IMG/VR virus record: IMGVR_UViG_3300020576_004755
Coordinates: 96,001 to 160,000 of that record
Length of the DNA: 64,000 nt
DNA from: a virus
Taxonomy: Duplodnaviria; Caudoviricetes
Strand: one strand, 5' to 3'
In this document: in pieces, positions 9,948-19,413 of the stretch
Layout of the letters: each line of letters begins with the position of its first letter
Position numbering within the stretch: position 1 is the stretch's first letter
Made by a program: the position numbers and the translations under genes
The notes under the pieces: model-generated
What the model saw: the letters and a program-made list of their open reading frames with translations, nothing else
Told to the model about the DNA's origin: nothing
Database searches by the model: none

Positions 9948-10283
9948 ATGTCCGAAGAAACACAAGAACAAACAACAACCACACAAAGCGTAGCACGACT
10001 ATCAGATACGTCAATTGGAATGATCAGAGACTTGGTTCAACTTTCTCTGCTCCTTGGAGTCAACATTATCGATAACCTAAGAGCAATGAGATTCGATGTA
10101 GACCAAACAGGTGCTCTACTTCCAAGCGCAGCTTACGTGACTGCATACAATGAGATGCTTGTCAACCTTGAGAAGCAAGCGCAAGCTGTCCTAGATCAAG
10201 CACAAAAGCAAAGAGAAGAAGCTACTCTAGCAGTTGAAGAAGCAGTAGTAGTAACAGCATCATCTTCTGACGATAGTAACTGA
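9948..10283 (+). CDS. hypothetical phage protein
   Basis: AGGAG RBS before ATG 9948. Confidence 0.7.
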   Translation: MSEETQEQTTTTQSVARLSDTSIGMIRDLVQLSLLLGVNIIDNLRAMRFDVDQTGALLPSAAYVTAYNEMLVNLEKQAQAVLDQAQKQREEATLAVEEAVVVTASSSDDSN

Positions 10284-10295
10284 AAAAAAGAAAAC

Positions 10296-10757
10296 ATGAC
10301 CGTTAGCTCAACATTATACTCCAGCGAGAACATTGTTTGGGAGACTCCACAGAATCTTTTTGACAAGTTGGACAAGCGATTTAAGTTCACTCTTGACGTT
10401 TGTGCCGATGAATCTAACAAGAAGTGTGACAAGTTCTTCTCAGAAGAAGACAATGGCTTGTCTCAATCATGGAGCGGATCCTGTTGGATGAATCCACCTT
10501 ACGGCAAAACAATCAATCAATGGATGAAGAAGGCATATGAAGAGAGTCAAAGACCAGAGGTTGATTATGTTGTCTGTCTTGTTCCTAGCAGAACGGATAC
10601 AAAGTGGTTCAGTGACTATGCGATGAAAGCATCAGAAATCATCTTTGTTAAAGGTAGATTGAAGTTTGGCGGAAGCAAGAACTCAGCACCGTTCCCAAGT
10701 GCAATCATTGTTTTTGACAACAAAACAAAGCGCAATCCAACGTTAACAACGATGTGA
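10296..10757 (+). CDS. phage N6-adenine DNA methyltransferase
   Basis: WETP..LF, DVCA, WMNPPYG, LVPSRTDT.WF, GRLKFG, APFPS. Confidence 0.92.
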   Translation: MTVSSTLYSSENIVWETPQNLFDKLDKRFKFTLDVCADESNKKCDKFFSEEDNGLSQSWSGSCWMNPPYGKTINQWMKKAYEESQRPEVDYVVCLVPSRTDTKWFSDYAMKASEIIFVKGRLKFGGSKNSAPFPSAIIVFDNKTKRNPTLTTM

Positions 10758-10786
10758 GTTTACATTTCCAAAATATCTGATATAAT
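10758..10786 (+). promoter_or_regulatory. T4-early-like sigma70 promoter
   Basis: GTTTACA-N16-(TGa)TATAAT, 9 nt before ATG 10796. Confidence 0.8.
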
Positions 10787-10795
10787 CATCGGATT

Positions 10796-11467
10796 ATGGA
10801 AACCCCCGACAATAGCACAACAGTAAAGGCAGCAAGCAGGGTCAAGTATCCTCGCACGTTCCATTTACCGTGGTCTGAGGGTGCAACCGACGATGACAAG
10901 ATTCTCAAGTCGGTTAAGCACTTCTGCGATCTCGACGAGGTTGTGATCACCGAAAAGATGGACGGAGAGAATACCTCTATCTACAGGGATTTCTTTCATG
11001 CCCGTTCTTTGGATCTGGCAAAGCACCCTTCCAGGGACCATATCAACAAGCTTCGCTCGGAAAAGCTTTACGATCTTCCATTGAACATGCGTGTTTGTGG
11101 AGAGAATTGCTTCGCAAAGCATAGCATTGCCTACGATAGTCTTGAAGACTTGTTTCTTGTTTTCTCAATCTGGAAGGATGATACGACTTGTCTTTCCTGG
11201 GATGAGACGGTTGAGTGGTGCGAACTCCTCGATCTTAAGACCGTTCCCGTCCTGTATCGTGGCAAGTTTGATGAAGAGCTTATCAGGAACACCATTCTTG
11301 TTGAGCGTGAGTCGATGGAAGGCTATGTTATTCGTAACGCTGCTAGCTATCAGTACGAGAGCTTTGCCAAGAATGTTGCAAAGTACGTTCGAAAGAACCA
11401 CGTCCAAACAAACGAGCACTGGTTGAATCAGCCAATTGTTCCCAACAAAGTGAAAGATACTCTATGA
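10796..11467 (+). CDS. RNA ligase (ATP-dependent nucleotidyltransferase)
   Basis: KYPRTFHLPWS, TEKMDGEN, EGYVIR, AKYVR. Confidence 0.88.
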   Translation: METPDNSTTVKAASRVKYPRTFHLPWSEGATDDDKILKSVKHFCDLDEVVITEKMDGENTSIYRDFFHARSLDLAKHPSRDHINKLRSEKLYDLPLNMRVCGENCFAKHSIAYDSLEDLFLVFSIWKDDTTCLSWDETVEWCELLDLKTVPVLYRGKFDEELIRNTILVERESMEGYVIRNAASYQYESFAKNVAKYVRKNHVQTNEHWLNQPIVPNKVKDTL

Positions 11468-11730
11468 CATATGTAGCCACTAAGTATAACATCTGGAAAA
11501 CGTCATCCGGCTCTTGCCTTCTTCCTGATGGCATTGGTGAATCCAAGGAAAAGCTTTTGGAATGCGAAAAGGTTCTGCATTCTTTTGAGGCTTTCTCTTT
11601 CGGCGAAGCTTTGCAGAAGATGAACGATTATTTTGGATGGGGACCATATAGCTTTGTGTTGAACCCCGAAACAAATGAACCAGAGCCTTTTTACTTCGAA
11701 AAGACACTACAGGCAGAACCAAATGAGTAA
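11464..11730 (+). CDS. hypothetical protein
   Basis: ATGA overlap. Confidence 0.6.
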   Translation: MTYVATKYNIWKTSSGSCLLPDGIGESKEKLLECEKVLHSFEAFSFGEALQKMNDYFGWGPYSFVLNPETNEPEPFYFEKTLQAEPNE

Positions 11731-12034
11731 TGACAATAAGTTTCTTCCTGTTTTGGGCTATGACATTACCAATGGTCAGCCCGTCATTGTACCTTTTGAA
11801 GACATTCAGAATGGTAATTTGCTTTTGGCAGAATGCGATTATGAAATCGCACCAAATTTAGCCAAGTTACCAGAATCGTTGGCAAAGCTTTATACGATTC
11901 ACAACGTTAAGTCAGTAAGCCTCGGCTCTATTCAAGCAAAAGATGAATTAGAGCTTGTGTGGCTTCTGCTTGATCTAGGGATTGCAAAGGCAATCGAAAA
12001 CAAAGACTGGTCCGTGTTCAAACGCGGAGCATAG
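11723..12034 (+). CDS. hypothetical protein
   Basis: ATG overlaps the upstream gene end. Confidence 0.6.
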   Translation: MSNDNKFLPVLGYDITNGQPVIVPFEDIQNGNLLLAECDYEIAPNLAKLPESLAKLYTIHNVKSVSLGSIQAKDELELVWLLLDLGIAKAIENKDWSVFKRGA

Positions 12035-12078
12035 AATCGGTCTATTTTTCCGAACAAAATGAAATAAAAAGTGTAGTG

Positions 12079-12108
12079 GTTTACATTTTGGATATTCTCT
12101 GCTATTGT
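12079..12108 (+). promoter_or_regulatory. T4-early-like promoter (leaderless)
   Basis: GTTTACA-N17-(TGc)TATTGT, 6 nt before ATG 12115. Confidence 0.7.
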
Positions 12109-12114
12109 AAGAGA

Positions 12115-12786
12115 ATGACCAACGCTTCCGACAGTCATTACCACTTCAACAGTCAGGTTCAGCTTGGCAAGAAGCTTTCGGGAAGTTTCCCTGAGTCTCT
12201 TGTTAAGAATGAGCCTATGTTGTTTTCGTGTGATCTGAAAAGCTCTCTGGAGCTTGGTGGTCCTATCACCAAGGCATTCATTGATGCTCTTCCTGATGAC
12301 TGGAAGAATGCTTCCGATTTCATTCTGGACACTCGCGTCCATATGTTGATGGAAGGCTGGTTTCCTTGCATTCCTGGCTTCCACCACGACGACGTTCCTC
12401 GTGCTACGCCTACAAGCCAGCCGGATTACGATCATCCTGAGTATCTTTCGCAACACGCTTTGTGTCTTGTGAACGGAGATATTTGTCCTACGCAGTTTGC
12501 TATCGGTGAGTGTGATCTCCCAAAGGTTCCCGAGGGTGAAGTGATTTACGAGCATTGGCACAATGATGTTGTTCAATTGCTTGATAATGGAAAGCTTCAA
12601 AGCTTTAGCGCACCTACGAATCAGGTTGTCTTTTTCGATTGGCAGTCGATTCACCAGGGAACGCAAGCAGTAAGCGGTGGTTGGCGTTGGTTCGCGCGAG
12701 CATCGCGGAACACTAACCGTAAGCCTACCAACGAGCTTCGTCGTCAGGTTCAAGTTTATCTTTCGAATCCGATGGCTGGTTGGTAA
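12115..12786 (+). CDS. putative 2OG-Fe(II) dioxygenase-fold protein
   Basis: HHD (HxD)...IHQG...WRWFAR spacing typical of DSBH oxygenases; start placed at the ATG after the promoter. Confidence 0.55.
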   Translation: MTNASDSHYHFNSQVQLGKKLSGSFPESLVKNEPMLFSCDLKSSLELGGPITKAFIDALPDDWKNASDFILDTRVHMLMEGWFPCIPGFHHDDVPRATPTSQPDYDHPEYLSQHALCLVNGDICPTQFAIGECDLPKVPEGEVIYEHWHNDVVQLLDNGKLQSFSAPTNQVVFFDWQSIHQGTQAVSGGWRWFARASRNTNRKPTNELRRQVQVYLSNPMAGW

Positions 12787-12837
12787 CAGTAGTAGAATAA
12801 AAAAAGAAAAAGAAAAAGAAACAGGAGAAAAGAAACG

Positions 12838-13278
12838 ATGCGAGCAATTATCACAATCGGGATCAGTGCATCTGGTAAGTCAACCTGGGCACGAGAGTTT
12901 GTTGCAAACAACGACAACTGGACGATCGTTTGTCGAGACGATGAGCGTACCAAGCTTGCCGGTGGACAGCTTGATTGGAAGAAGTGGAATTGGAAGCGTG
13001 AGGGCGAGGTCACGAATGCCCATTGCGCTGCTCTGGATGCCGCTGCAAAGCAGGGATTGAATCTAATCGTAGCAGACACCAACCTCAACGCAAAGTTCCT
13101 TGGAGAGCTTGTTACGCGCCTTCACAGCCTTGGCTATGATGTTACGTACAGAATCTTTGAAGTGGACGAGGAAGAGGCAATCCGTCGAGATACCTCGCGG
13201 GGAAGTCTTGCCGTTGGTGCAGACGTGATCAAGAAGCAGCTTGCAGCTTTCGACAAGCTCAAGACGCAGACTTGGTGA
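12838..13278 (+). CDS. polynucleotide kinase-like P-loop protein (T4 PseT kinase domain / AAA_33)
   Basis: GISASGKSTWA, RDDER, DTNLN. Confidence 0.85.
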   Translation: MRAIITIGISASGKSTWAREFVANNDNWTIVCRDDERTKLAGGQLDWKKWNWKREGEVTNAHCAALDAAAKQGLNLIVADTNLNAKFLGELVTRLHSLGYDVTYRIFEVDEEEAIRRDTSRGSLAVGADVIKKQLAAFDKLKTQTW

Positions 13279-13287
13279 AAATCGGCT

Positions 13288-13896
13288 ATGAATATCATAG
13301 TATTTATTCTCGGAGTAGCTTGGTTTGGATTTCTTGGATATCTGATATTCAATGATTTCTTCTATAAACGAAGTAGATTTAAGGATACGTTCATTTGGTC
13401 CACCAAGGACTTGAAGAAGACTCCTGTTGCCGAATTTGAGATCGTTAGTAAGAGGGACGGGAAGATAGATTCTTGCCTGATTACATTCAAGAAAAAGTCT
13501 CTATTGCCTTTTTCCTCAAAAGAGCAAAGGGTTGTGTATTACTGCGAGAACCTAAGAGGATTTGGAGACTCTGGTAAGGTCTTCGATGCTGAGACAGGCG
13601 ACGACCTTTGGTTCAAGTACGATTCTGGTTTTGTTATGGCAGTAAGGGCAATGATCGACAATCAAGAGTCTCGGGCATATATCAAGAACAAGATTGACGA
13701 GCATTACTCAAAGGCAATTTCTCTCTACGAGTCCGAACTTGACAAGAAGTTCAAGGAACTTGAACAGCAGAAAGGTCGCGTTATTGGAATCAAGTCTCGG
13801 ATTGCAGAATCGTTTTCTCCAACAACTATGGAGCAAGAACTTGATTGCCTCAATGATGACGAATACAAAAAGAAATCAAAAGTAAGAAGGGGTTGA
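13288..13896 (+). CDS. membrane-anchored hypothetical protein
   Basis: N-terminal TM helix, C-terminal coiled coil; similar to next gene. Confidence 0.7.
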   Translation: MNIIVFILGVAWFGFLGYLIFNDFFYKRSRFKDTFIWSTKDLKKTPVAEFEIVSKRDGKIDSCLITFKKKSLLPFSSKEQRVVYYCENLRGFGDSGKVFDAETGDDLWFKYDSGFVMAVRAMIDNQESRAYIKNKIDEHYSKAISLYESELDKKFKELEQQKGRVIGIKSRIAESFSPTTMEQELDCLNDDEYKKKSKVRRG

Positions 13897-13903
13897 ATTT
13901 TTT

Positions 13904-14521
13904 ATGCTTGGAATTATTTTGGTTTTGGGGATGATTGTTGTCGGTTTGGTTGTCACGGCATTTTACTTTTCTTGGTCTGAGGAAAACTCTCGAACCAAAA
14001 TTGAGTTTGAAATGGGAATCGTTATCGAAAGGCACGGATCACAGGATAATGGTGAACCAAAGCTTTTTCAGCTTACAAAGTACGAGAAGTATGTAAAGAG
14101 CGGCAAGGTCAAGAACAAGCAGGACTATGTTGTGGAAGTCCCCAGTGATTATTGTGCGACGTGGGCTGAAAACTACAGTCATTGCAAGGTTTTCCATTCG
14201 TCTGGTCATGTTTACGATTTCGTGGACCGCGAACAAAAGCAAGTCGCCGCGTTCTTGAACAAGAGCAAGCTCGACAAGATTGTTGAAGCTGCTTACGACA
14301 AGCAGATTGGAAAGATTGAAGACGATCTTGACAACAGGATCAAGAGTCTTGAGCAGACAAGAAACAAGGCACACGCTTTGAAGGCAAGGATTGCAAAGCC
14401 AGAAAATGTTCAACATGTTGCCTTACGCTCGGACGACTCAGAGCTTGAAACAGAAGAAAAGCTTGAGTACGTCATGGTAAAACTAGAATCGCAGCGGAAA
14501 AACCCTAGAAATAGGGGATAA
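13904..14521 (+). CDS. membrane-anchored hypothetical protein
   Basis: N-terminal TM helix, C-terminal coiled coil. Confidence 0.7.
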   Translation: MLGIILVLGMIVVGLVVTAFYFSWSEENSRTKIEFEMGIVIERHGSQDNGEPKLFQLTKYEKYVKSGKVKNKQDYVVEVPSDYCATWAENYSHCKVFHSSGHVYDFVDREQKQVAAFLNKSKLDKIVEAAYDKQIGKIEDDLDNRIKSLEQTRNKAHALKARIAKPENVQHVALRSDDSELETEEKLEYVMVKLESQRKNPRNRG

Positions 14522-14539
14522 AATAATTTTCCATATTCA

Positions 14540-14568
14540 GTTTACATTTGGAAAATATTTGCTATAAT
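14540..14568 (+). promoter_or_regulatory. T4-early-like promoter (leaderless)
   Basis: GTTTACA-N16-(TGc)TATAAT, 7 nt before ATG 14576. Confidence 0.85.
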
Positions 14569-14575
14569 AGAGAGT

Positions 14576-14947
14576 ATGAACAGCGCCTCTACCAAGTTCT
14601 ACTTCAAGGTCCACGGACCCGGCTCGTCCAACATGAACATTGCGAACGAGCTTACTCGTTGCAATCTTAAGCGTACTTTCACGCTTAAAGAGGCACTGAA
14701 CAGCAATCTTTCGGCTTCGATTAAGAAGCGTCTTCACACTTTGCAGCACGGTTCGACGGTTCCGTATGCCCGTTGGGCTCGTGGTGCCTACTGCATTTCG
14801 ATCATTCTCAAGCCGACCGCTGGCAGCAAGAAGAATCTTGAAGCCAAGAAGATCAAGTCGGAAATCAAGACTCTTGACGAGAAGATCGGGGATCTTCTGG
14901 ATCAGAAGAGGATTCTTGAGCGCAAGCTAAATCGAATTGGCGGCTGA
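14576..14947 (+). CDS. hypothetical early protein
   Basis: ORF directly after promoter. Confidence 0.7.
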   Translation: MNSASTKFYFKVHGPGSSNMNIANELTRCNLKRTFTLKEALNSNLSASIKKRLHTLQHGSTVPYARWARGAYCISIILKPTAGSKKNLEAKKIKSEIKTLDEKIGDLLDQKRILERKLNRIGG

Positions 14948-14976
14948 GAATAAGAAAAAACAAAGGAAGAATAGTC

Positions 14977-15306
14977 ATGCGCAATCCTATCGTTGATCCC
15001 GGCAATCGTTTCGTTCCTGCCTCCGTTCAGGAGAGGACGATTAAGGCAATCGCTCGCCGCCATGCCGAGGTTGCCGAAGCTCGAAAGGATATCCGTCATA
15101 CGGAATCTTATGTCAAGATGCTTGTTGGCGATGCGAAGGATCTCCGAGAGGTCTTCTCGCTTTGCAAGCGTGGATTGTGGAAGGATGCCTCGCGAAAGGC
15201 TTCCTCGATGGATACTGCCGCTCGGGAGAACATTCCTGATGCACTTTACGACTTGATCGATAAGAATCAACGTGCCGGCAGGACCGGACGGGATTATTGT
15301 TGGTGA
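14977..15306 (+). CDS. hypothetical early protein
   Basis: ORF, GC-richer codons. Confidence 0.7.
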   Translation: MRNPIVDPGNRFVPASVQERTIKAIARRHAEVAEARKDIRHTESYVKMLVGDAKDLREVFSLCKRGLWKDASRKASSMDTAARENIPDALYDLIDKNQRAGRTGRDYCW

Positions 15307-15455
15307 TGAAAATCAAGATCCCAAAGGAAGTTCGCAAGGCAATTATTGAAGCTCTTGAAGCAGAGATCGATCCAGAGATGTATGGCTTCGGAGGTCCAGC
15401 TAGACGACGTGGAGATGCACTTACCTGGGTACTCAAGTACACACAAGAATCCTGA
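15306..15455 (+). CDS. small hypothetical protein (49 aa)
   Basis: TGATG overlap; MKIKIPKEVRK... Confidence 0.5.
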   Translation: MKIKIPKEVRKAIIEALEAEIDPEMYGFGGPARRRGDALTWVLKYTQES

Positions 15456-15500
15456 AAAGATAGCAATATGACAATCACAACTATTAGTCTATCTACCACC

Positions 15501-15776
15501 ATGACCATTCGACAGACATACATAACAAGATTTGAGGCATACGACCCTCATATTTCTGTTTTTGGTTCCGACGCATATTCATTTCTCTTGGCTGACAAAC
15601 CTGATCTGTTCCTTGTTGATTACCGAATGGTCAGTCCATACTTTGATAAACAATACGCAAGATTCCAAACAGCACCAGTAAACGACTGTAACTCCGATCT
15701 GGTCTACAAAGAAATAACAATGATTCTATTTGGCATAGAAGAAGAAGAAAAATACAATGACAACAACAACACATAA
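15501..15776 (+). CDS. MTIR-tag family orphan (only plus-strand member)
   Basis: ATG ACC ATT CGA = MTIRQTY. Confidence 0.6.
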   Translation: MTIRQTYITRFEAYDPHISVFGSDAYSFLLADKPDLFLVDYRMVSPYFDKQYARFQTAPVNDCNSDLVYKEITMILFGIEEEEKYNDNNNT

Positions 15777-16617
15777 GCCAATCACAATCGGTCATCTTAC
15801 CGATACACACTTCAACTTTCTAAGAGGGAAAGACGCTTGGTCGAACTTCTTCCTTCATTGCAAGTCTGTTGCAGATGATGCAGACGTTGACTTCTTTGTT
15901 CTCACCGGAGACATTTCGGAAGCTCCAATTCTATTGGACCAACTACAGATCCTTGAAGACTACATTTGCCGTCCTGTATACTTTGTTTGTGGCAACCATG
16001 ATTTCTATAACGGTTCCATCAAGACAACGAGAGAGAACGTATTTCTGAAATACTCGGCTAACCTAAAGAAGAAGCTTACGTATCTTACTGTCATGCCCGA
16101 AGATCAGAAGCAGTATGTTCCTGTAAGTGACACGGTTGCAATCCTTGGTCATGATGGTTGGTATGATGGAGTCTATGCAGACTGGCATAAGAGCAAGGTC
16201 AACATGAATGACTATCACATCATTTCGGAGTTTACTCCGCTCTATCACAACGAGTTGTTTGCTGCGATTCAGCAGTATTCAAAGGAAGCTTCCGACTTCG
16301 TGTTCAAGGCAGCAAACCAAGCAATCGACGATGGGTTCAAAAAGCTTGTCATAGCTACGCATGTTCCTCCATTTAGGGAGAATGCTGTGTATAACGGCAA
16401 GATATCCGATAATGACTGGATGCCTCATTTCTCTTCTGGCTTCATGGGCGAGGCTCTTCTTCGTCTTGCTGTAGAGAATCCACAGGTAGAGATCACAACC
16501 CTTTGCGGTCATTCTCACGGAGAGGCATTGCATAAAGCAAATCCAAACCTTACCTGCCTCACAGGCTATGCTCAATACGGAGTTCCAAGGGTAAGCAAGA
16601 TCATTCGGATTGAGTGA
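15757..16617 (+). CDS. calcineurin-like metallophosphoesterase
   Basis: DTH, TGD, GNHD, THVPP, GHSH motifs. Confidence 0.9.
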   Translation: MTTTTHKPITIGHLTDTHFNFLRGKDAWSNFFLHCKSVADDADVDFFVLTGDISEAPILLDQLQILEDYICRPVYFVCGNHDFYNGSIKTTRENVFLKYSANLKKKLTYLTVMPEDQKQYVPVSDTVAILGHDGWYDGVYADWHKSKVNMNDYHIISEFTPLYHNELFAAIQQYSKEASDFVFKAANQAIDDGFKKLVIATHVPPFRENAVYNGKISDNDWMPHFSSGFMGEALLRLAVENPQVEITTLCGHSHGEALHKANPNLTCLTGYAQYGVPRVSKIIRIE

Positions 16618-16654
16618 TTGAAACAAGGATAAATAAAACCAAATAGAAAAGCTT

Positions 16655-16693
16655 AAGGCAGGTTCTCTTCACGAGATACCTGCCTTTCTTTTT
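16655..16693 (+). terminator. intrinsic terminator
   Basis: AAGGCAGGT...ACCTGCCTT hairpin then T-tract, between convergent genes. Confidence 0.75.
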
Positions 16694-16737
16694 GTTCGCT
16701 TCTAGGGTGTTTTAGATATTGCTAAGCGATGCCAATA

Positions 16738-17091
16738 TCAGCTTACGTGCCAGTAGTAGCCAGCGGAGCCGGAAACCGAAACGTAGTTGCTTGCAGAGAA
16801 CGCACCAATGACTGCTGCGAATGCACCTGCTGGTGATACGAATGGGTTGGAAGCGGTAACTGTGAATGACGAATCGGAAAGAATCTTCACAGTTGAACCA
16901 ACTGTATCCGAAGCGATTGCTGGTAGAGCTACAACTGCCGATGACGCTGAAAGGACAAAGTTTGTCTCTCCGAGCGAAGCGGTGGTTGTACCTGCTGCAT
17001 ATGTGATTGTCTTGACTGCTGCGTTTGGTGTTCCTACAAGAACGTCGTAGCTGCCGATACGTGGGTCGTAAACTCTTTTAATTGATGCCAT
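16738..17091 (-). CDS. small Ala/Ser/Thr/Val-rich protein, probably virion-associated
   Basis: AGGAG RBS, ATACTTA motif upstream, beta-rich composition. Confidence 0.65.
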   Translation of the reverse strand: MASIKRVYDPRIGSYDVLVGTPNAAVKTITYAAGTTTASLGETNFVLSASSAVVALPAIASDTVGSTVKILSDSSFTVTASNPFVSPAGAFAAVIGAFSASNYVSVSGSAGYYWHVS

Positions 17092-17118
17092 GATGTTTTG
17101 AATCTCCTATTTCTTAGC

Positions 17119-17125
17119 TAAGTAT
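17119..17125 (-). promoter_or_regulatory. putative late promoter motif ATACTTA
   Basis: Upstream of 17091; second copy ATATTTA at 17212-17218. Confidence 0.4.
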
Positions 17126-17237
17126 GTAGGCTCTTGCTTTTTCTCTCAATGTACGTTTGTTGTTCTAGAACTTTGTATTTTGTTTTTTTGTATCTGAAAA
17201 ACCTACAGTCCTAAATATAGGAGATATTATCAATTTT

Positions 17238-17822
17238 CTACCACTTCTTGTGAAAACCGTCTTCAAACACTATGATGCATGGCTTTCCAAGCTTTTTAGC
17301 ATAGTTTAAGGTGAACTCTGTACCGGAGCTTTCTTCATCCCAAAAGGCAATAATGAAATCGGCATTCTCCACAATTTGCTTGTTTCTGAGAATGCCTGCT
17401 TTCTTTCCTTGTTGGTTCCAGTTGGGTAAAAAGATATCGCGGTTTATCTTGCGATCGATTGCCCATTGTTCTGCTGTCTTATCTACGCCTCTGCAACCGC
17501 CAGATACGAGAACAATGTTCCCGTCCCACTTGTCATTGGCAAAATCTAACCATTGTGAAATTAAGTCTAGACTCTTGAACTCTCTTGAGCCTACGACAGC
17601 AATCCTTCTTCTACTGCTGTTACTGCTATTTGTTGTAGAAGAAGAAGATGAAATTACCTTCTTCCTTCTTGTTGCTGCTGCCATTGGCTCTAGACTATCT
17701 GCTGTTATTGATGATGATGGGTTTGCCGTGAAGTCTTGCATACTGTCCAAATAGTACGCGCTGCTGGCTTTCTTCTCCGCTAAAGATTGTTTATTGTTAT
17801 GTTGATTATGATGGGTCGGCAT
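17238..17822 (-). CDS. SLOG superfamily (YspA/DUF2493-like) protein
   Basis: VVGSR, VSGGCRGVD, AGILRN, AFWD..S.GT; low-complexity N-terminus, start uncertain. Confidence 0.82.
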   Translation of the reverse strand: MPTHHNQHNNKQSLAEKKASSAYYLDSMQDFTANPSSSITADSLEPMAAATRRKKVISSSSSTTNSSNSSRRRIAVVGSREFKSLDLISQWLDFANDKWDGNIVLVSGGCRGVDKTAEQWAIDRKINRDIFLPNWNQQGKKAGILRNKQIVENADFIIAFWDEESSGTEFTLNYAKKLGKPCIIVFEDGFHKKW

Positions 17823-17834
17823 GGCTGATCTCTG

Positions 17835-18440
17835 TTAGACACTCCTCTTGCTTGTTGTTTTTTGCTGTTGCTGCTGTTTGTTGAACTTTGTGACAATCGA
17901 CACACCCTGTAGGTGATCGTATTCGTGCATAAAAACACGAGCGCGAAGTCCGGTTAGGGTTTCTTCGCGCTTTGTGAATGTTCGGGTTGTTTCGTCCAGT
18001 TGATACCATGAGGCTTGAATTGAGACTGGACGCTCAATAGCGAAAAGCTGTCTGGTGGTTTTACGCACGCTCAGACAGCCTTCTATTTGTGATTCTTTTG
18101 TTGTGGAGTTTGGATTGTATGTGTAGCTTGGATTGAAAAATGCTTCTGTCTCTGTTGTTTGCTGCCCGTCAGTTGGGAGGAGGTTGATGATAAAGAGTTG
18201 TCCGTTGAAGATTCCGAGTTGAGGTAGGGCTAAGCCGATGCCGTCTTTTTCTGCGCGAAGTGTGTTTGTCATCTTATCGACAAGACGGACCAAACTGCTG
18301 CACTCTTCTTCTGTCAAGAGTCTATCCACAAAACTATAGGGAATAGACTTCCTTCCATCAATCTTTGAGTGATCAAAGATCTTGGCTATAATAGAGTGCT
18401 TCTCTTCCGTTTTTGCTGCTGTCGTGAATGTGCTATTCAT
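17835..18440 (-). CDS. def: peptide deformylase
   Basis: GIGLALPQLG, EGCLS, HEYDH: all three PDF motifs. Confidence 0.92.
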   Translation of the reverse strand: MNSTFTTAAKTEEKHSIIAKIFDHSKIDGRKSIPYSFVDRLLTEEECSSLVRLVDKMTNTLRAEKDGIGLALPQLGIFNGQLFIINLLPTDGQQTTETEAFFNPSYTYNPNSTTKESQIEGCLSVRKTTRQLFAIERPVSIQASWYQLDETTRTFTKREETLTGLRARVFMHEYDHLQGVSIVTKFNKQQQQQKTTSKRSV

Positions 18441-18620
18441 AAAACTTCTTGTTGCTTGCATACACAAGCTATCTGTTCTTCTTTTTATGGCATCTGCACC
18501 TTTTGCTTATTCAGCTATTTACAGTGCCTTGTTGTGTTTTCTTTTTTGCAGGTAAAAAGAACTATACCTGTTCACTCTCTATAAGTATAGGAGAACAGGC
18601 AATTTCTTATCGGGAGACTG

Positions 18621-19010
18621 TCAAAAAGATTCTGCCATACGGTTCCAAATTCCTCGATCTTCTGGTCCAGCGGCGTCATGACGTAGATGAAAGCAAAGTT
18701 CAGTAGTCTGCTCATTCAAAAAAGGGAAAGAGGGAATTGAAACAATTTGCGTAGAAAAGTAGTCTCCTGCTCCAAAAGGCTCTTCACATACTCTCTTCAA
18801 ACGAAGCAAATTGTCAAGACGCTTAATCATTTGAGCTAGTTCCGTGTGTCCATAATTCCGACCGGGGTTAGCAATCTCTTGACATAGAGAAGAGATTCCC
18901 GCTACGTTTTGCATAAGAATCTCATGCAATTGAGGATCCGGCTTCTTTGTCACAAGAGTTACCTTGGTATGATCGACAAGGTTGTGACAGTGAGTAATGC
19001 GAATTGACAT
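18621..19010 (-). CDS. MTIR-tag family orphan
   Basis: starts MSIRITH. Confidence 0.7.
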   Translation of the reverse strand: MSIRITHCHNLVDHTKVTLVTKKPDPQLHEILMQNVAGISSLCQEIANPGRNYGHTELAQMIKRLDNLLRLKRVCEEPFGAGDYFSTQIVSIPSFPFLNEQTTELCFHLRHDAAGPEDRGIWNRMAESF

Positions 19011-19029
19011 TTTTCTCCCTTCTCTTTTT

Positions 19030-19410
19030 CTAGTCGCAAACCGTTAGCTTTAGGTTCCGTTCTACAATTTCCCTTCGATACCATTCCCAAAAGAATGGAC
19101 CAATGTTAGGAAACTCTGACATTGATACGTTATTGAAATTTCGAGACATGGTTTGAAATACATAGCCCTTCTTGTTTTTCTGGTATACGTATGGAGAAAC
19201 TGCAACCACAAAGCGTCCTGAGTTCCTTATGAAGAGTGTGGGAGGACTTCTAGGCACTCCTATTCCATTCCAAGAACCAAGGGAAATTACAGGAATTCCG
19301 TTGAAAGCATGTACCAAACAAAGAAGAGCAGTACCACCCTCATTCTTTGTCTTGTTTGTTAGATTTGCTCCCTTTGGAACTTTCCAGTCAACTGTTGAGC
19401 GAATGGTCAT
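19030..19410 (-). CDS. MTIR-tag family orphan
   Basis: starts MTIRSTV. Confidence 0.7.
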   Translation of the reverse strand: MTIRSTVDWKVPKGANLTNKTKNEGGTALLCLVHAFNGIPVISLGSWNGIGVPRSPPTLFIRNSGRFVVAVSPYVYQKNKKGYVFQTMSRNFNNVSMSEFPNIGPFFWEWYRREIVERNLKLTVCD

Positions 19411-19413
19411 TTC

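Noticed and set aside
11932-12753. 273-aa minus-strand ORF
   Set aside because: Antisense to the promoter-driven 12115-12786 gene; no motifs.
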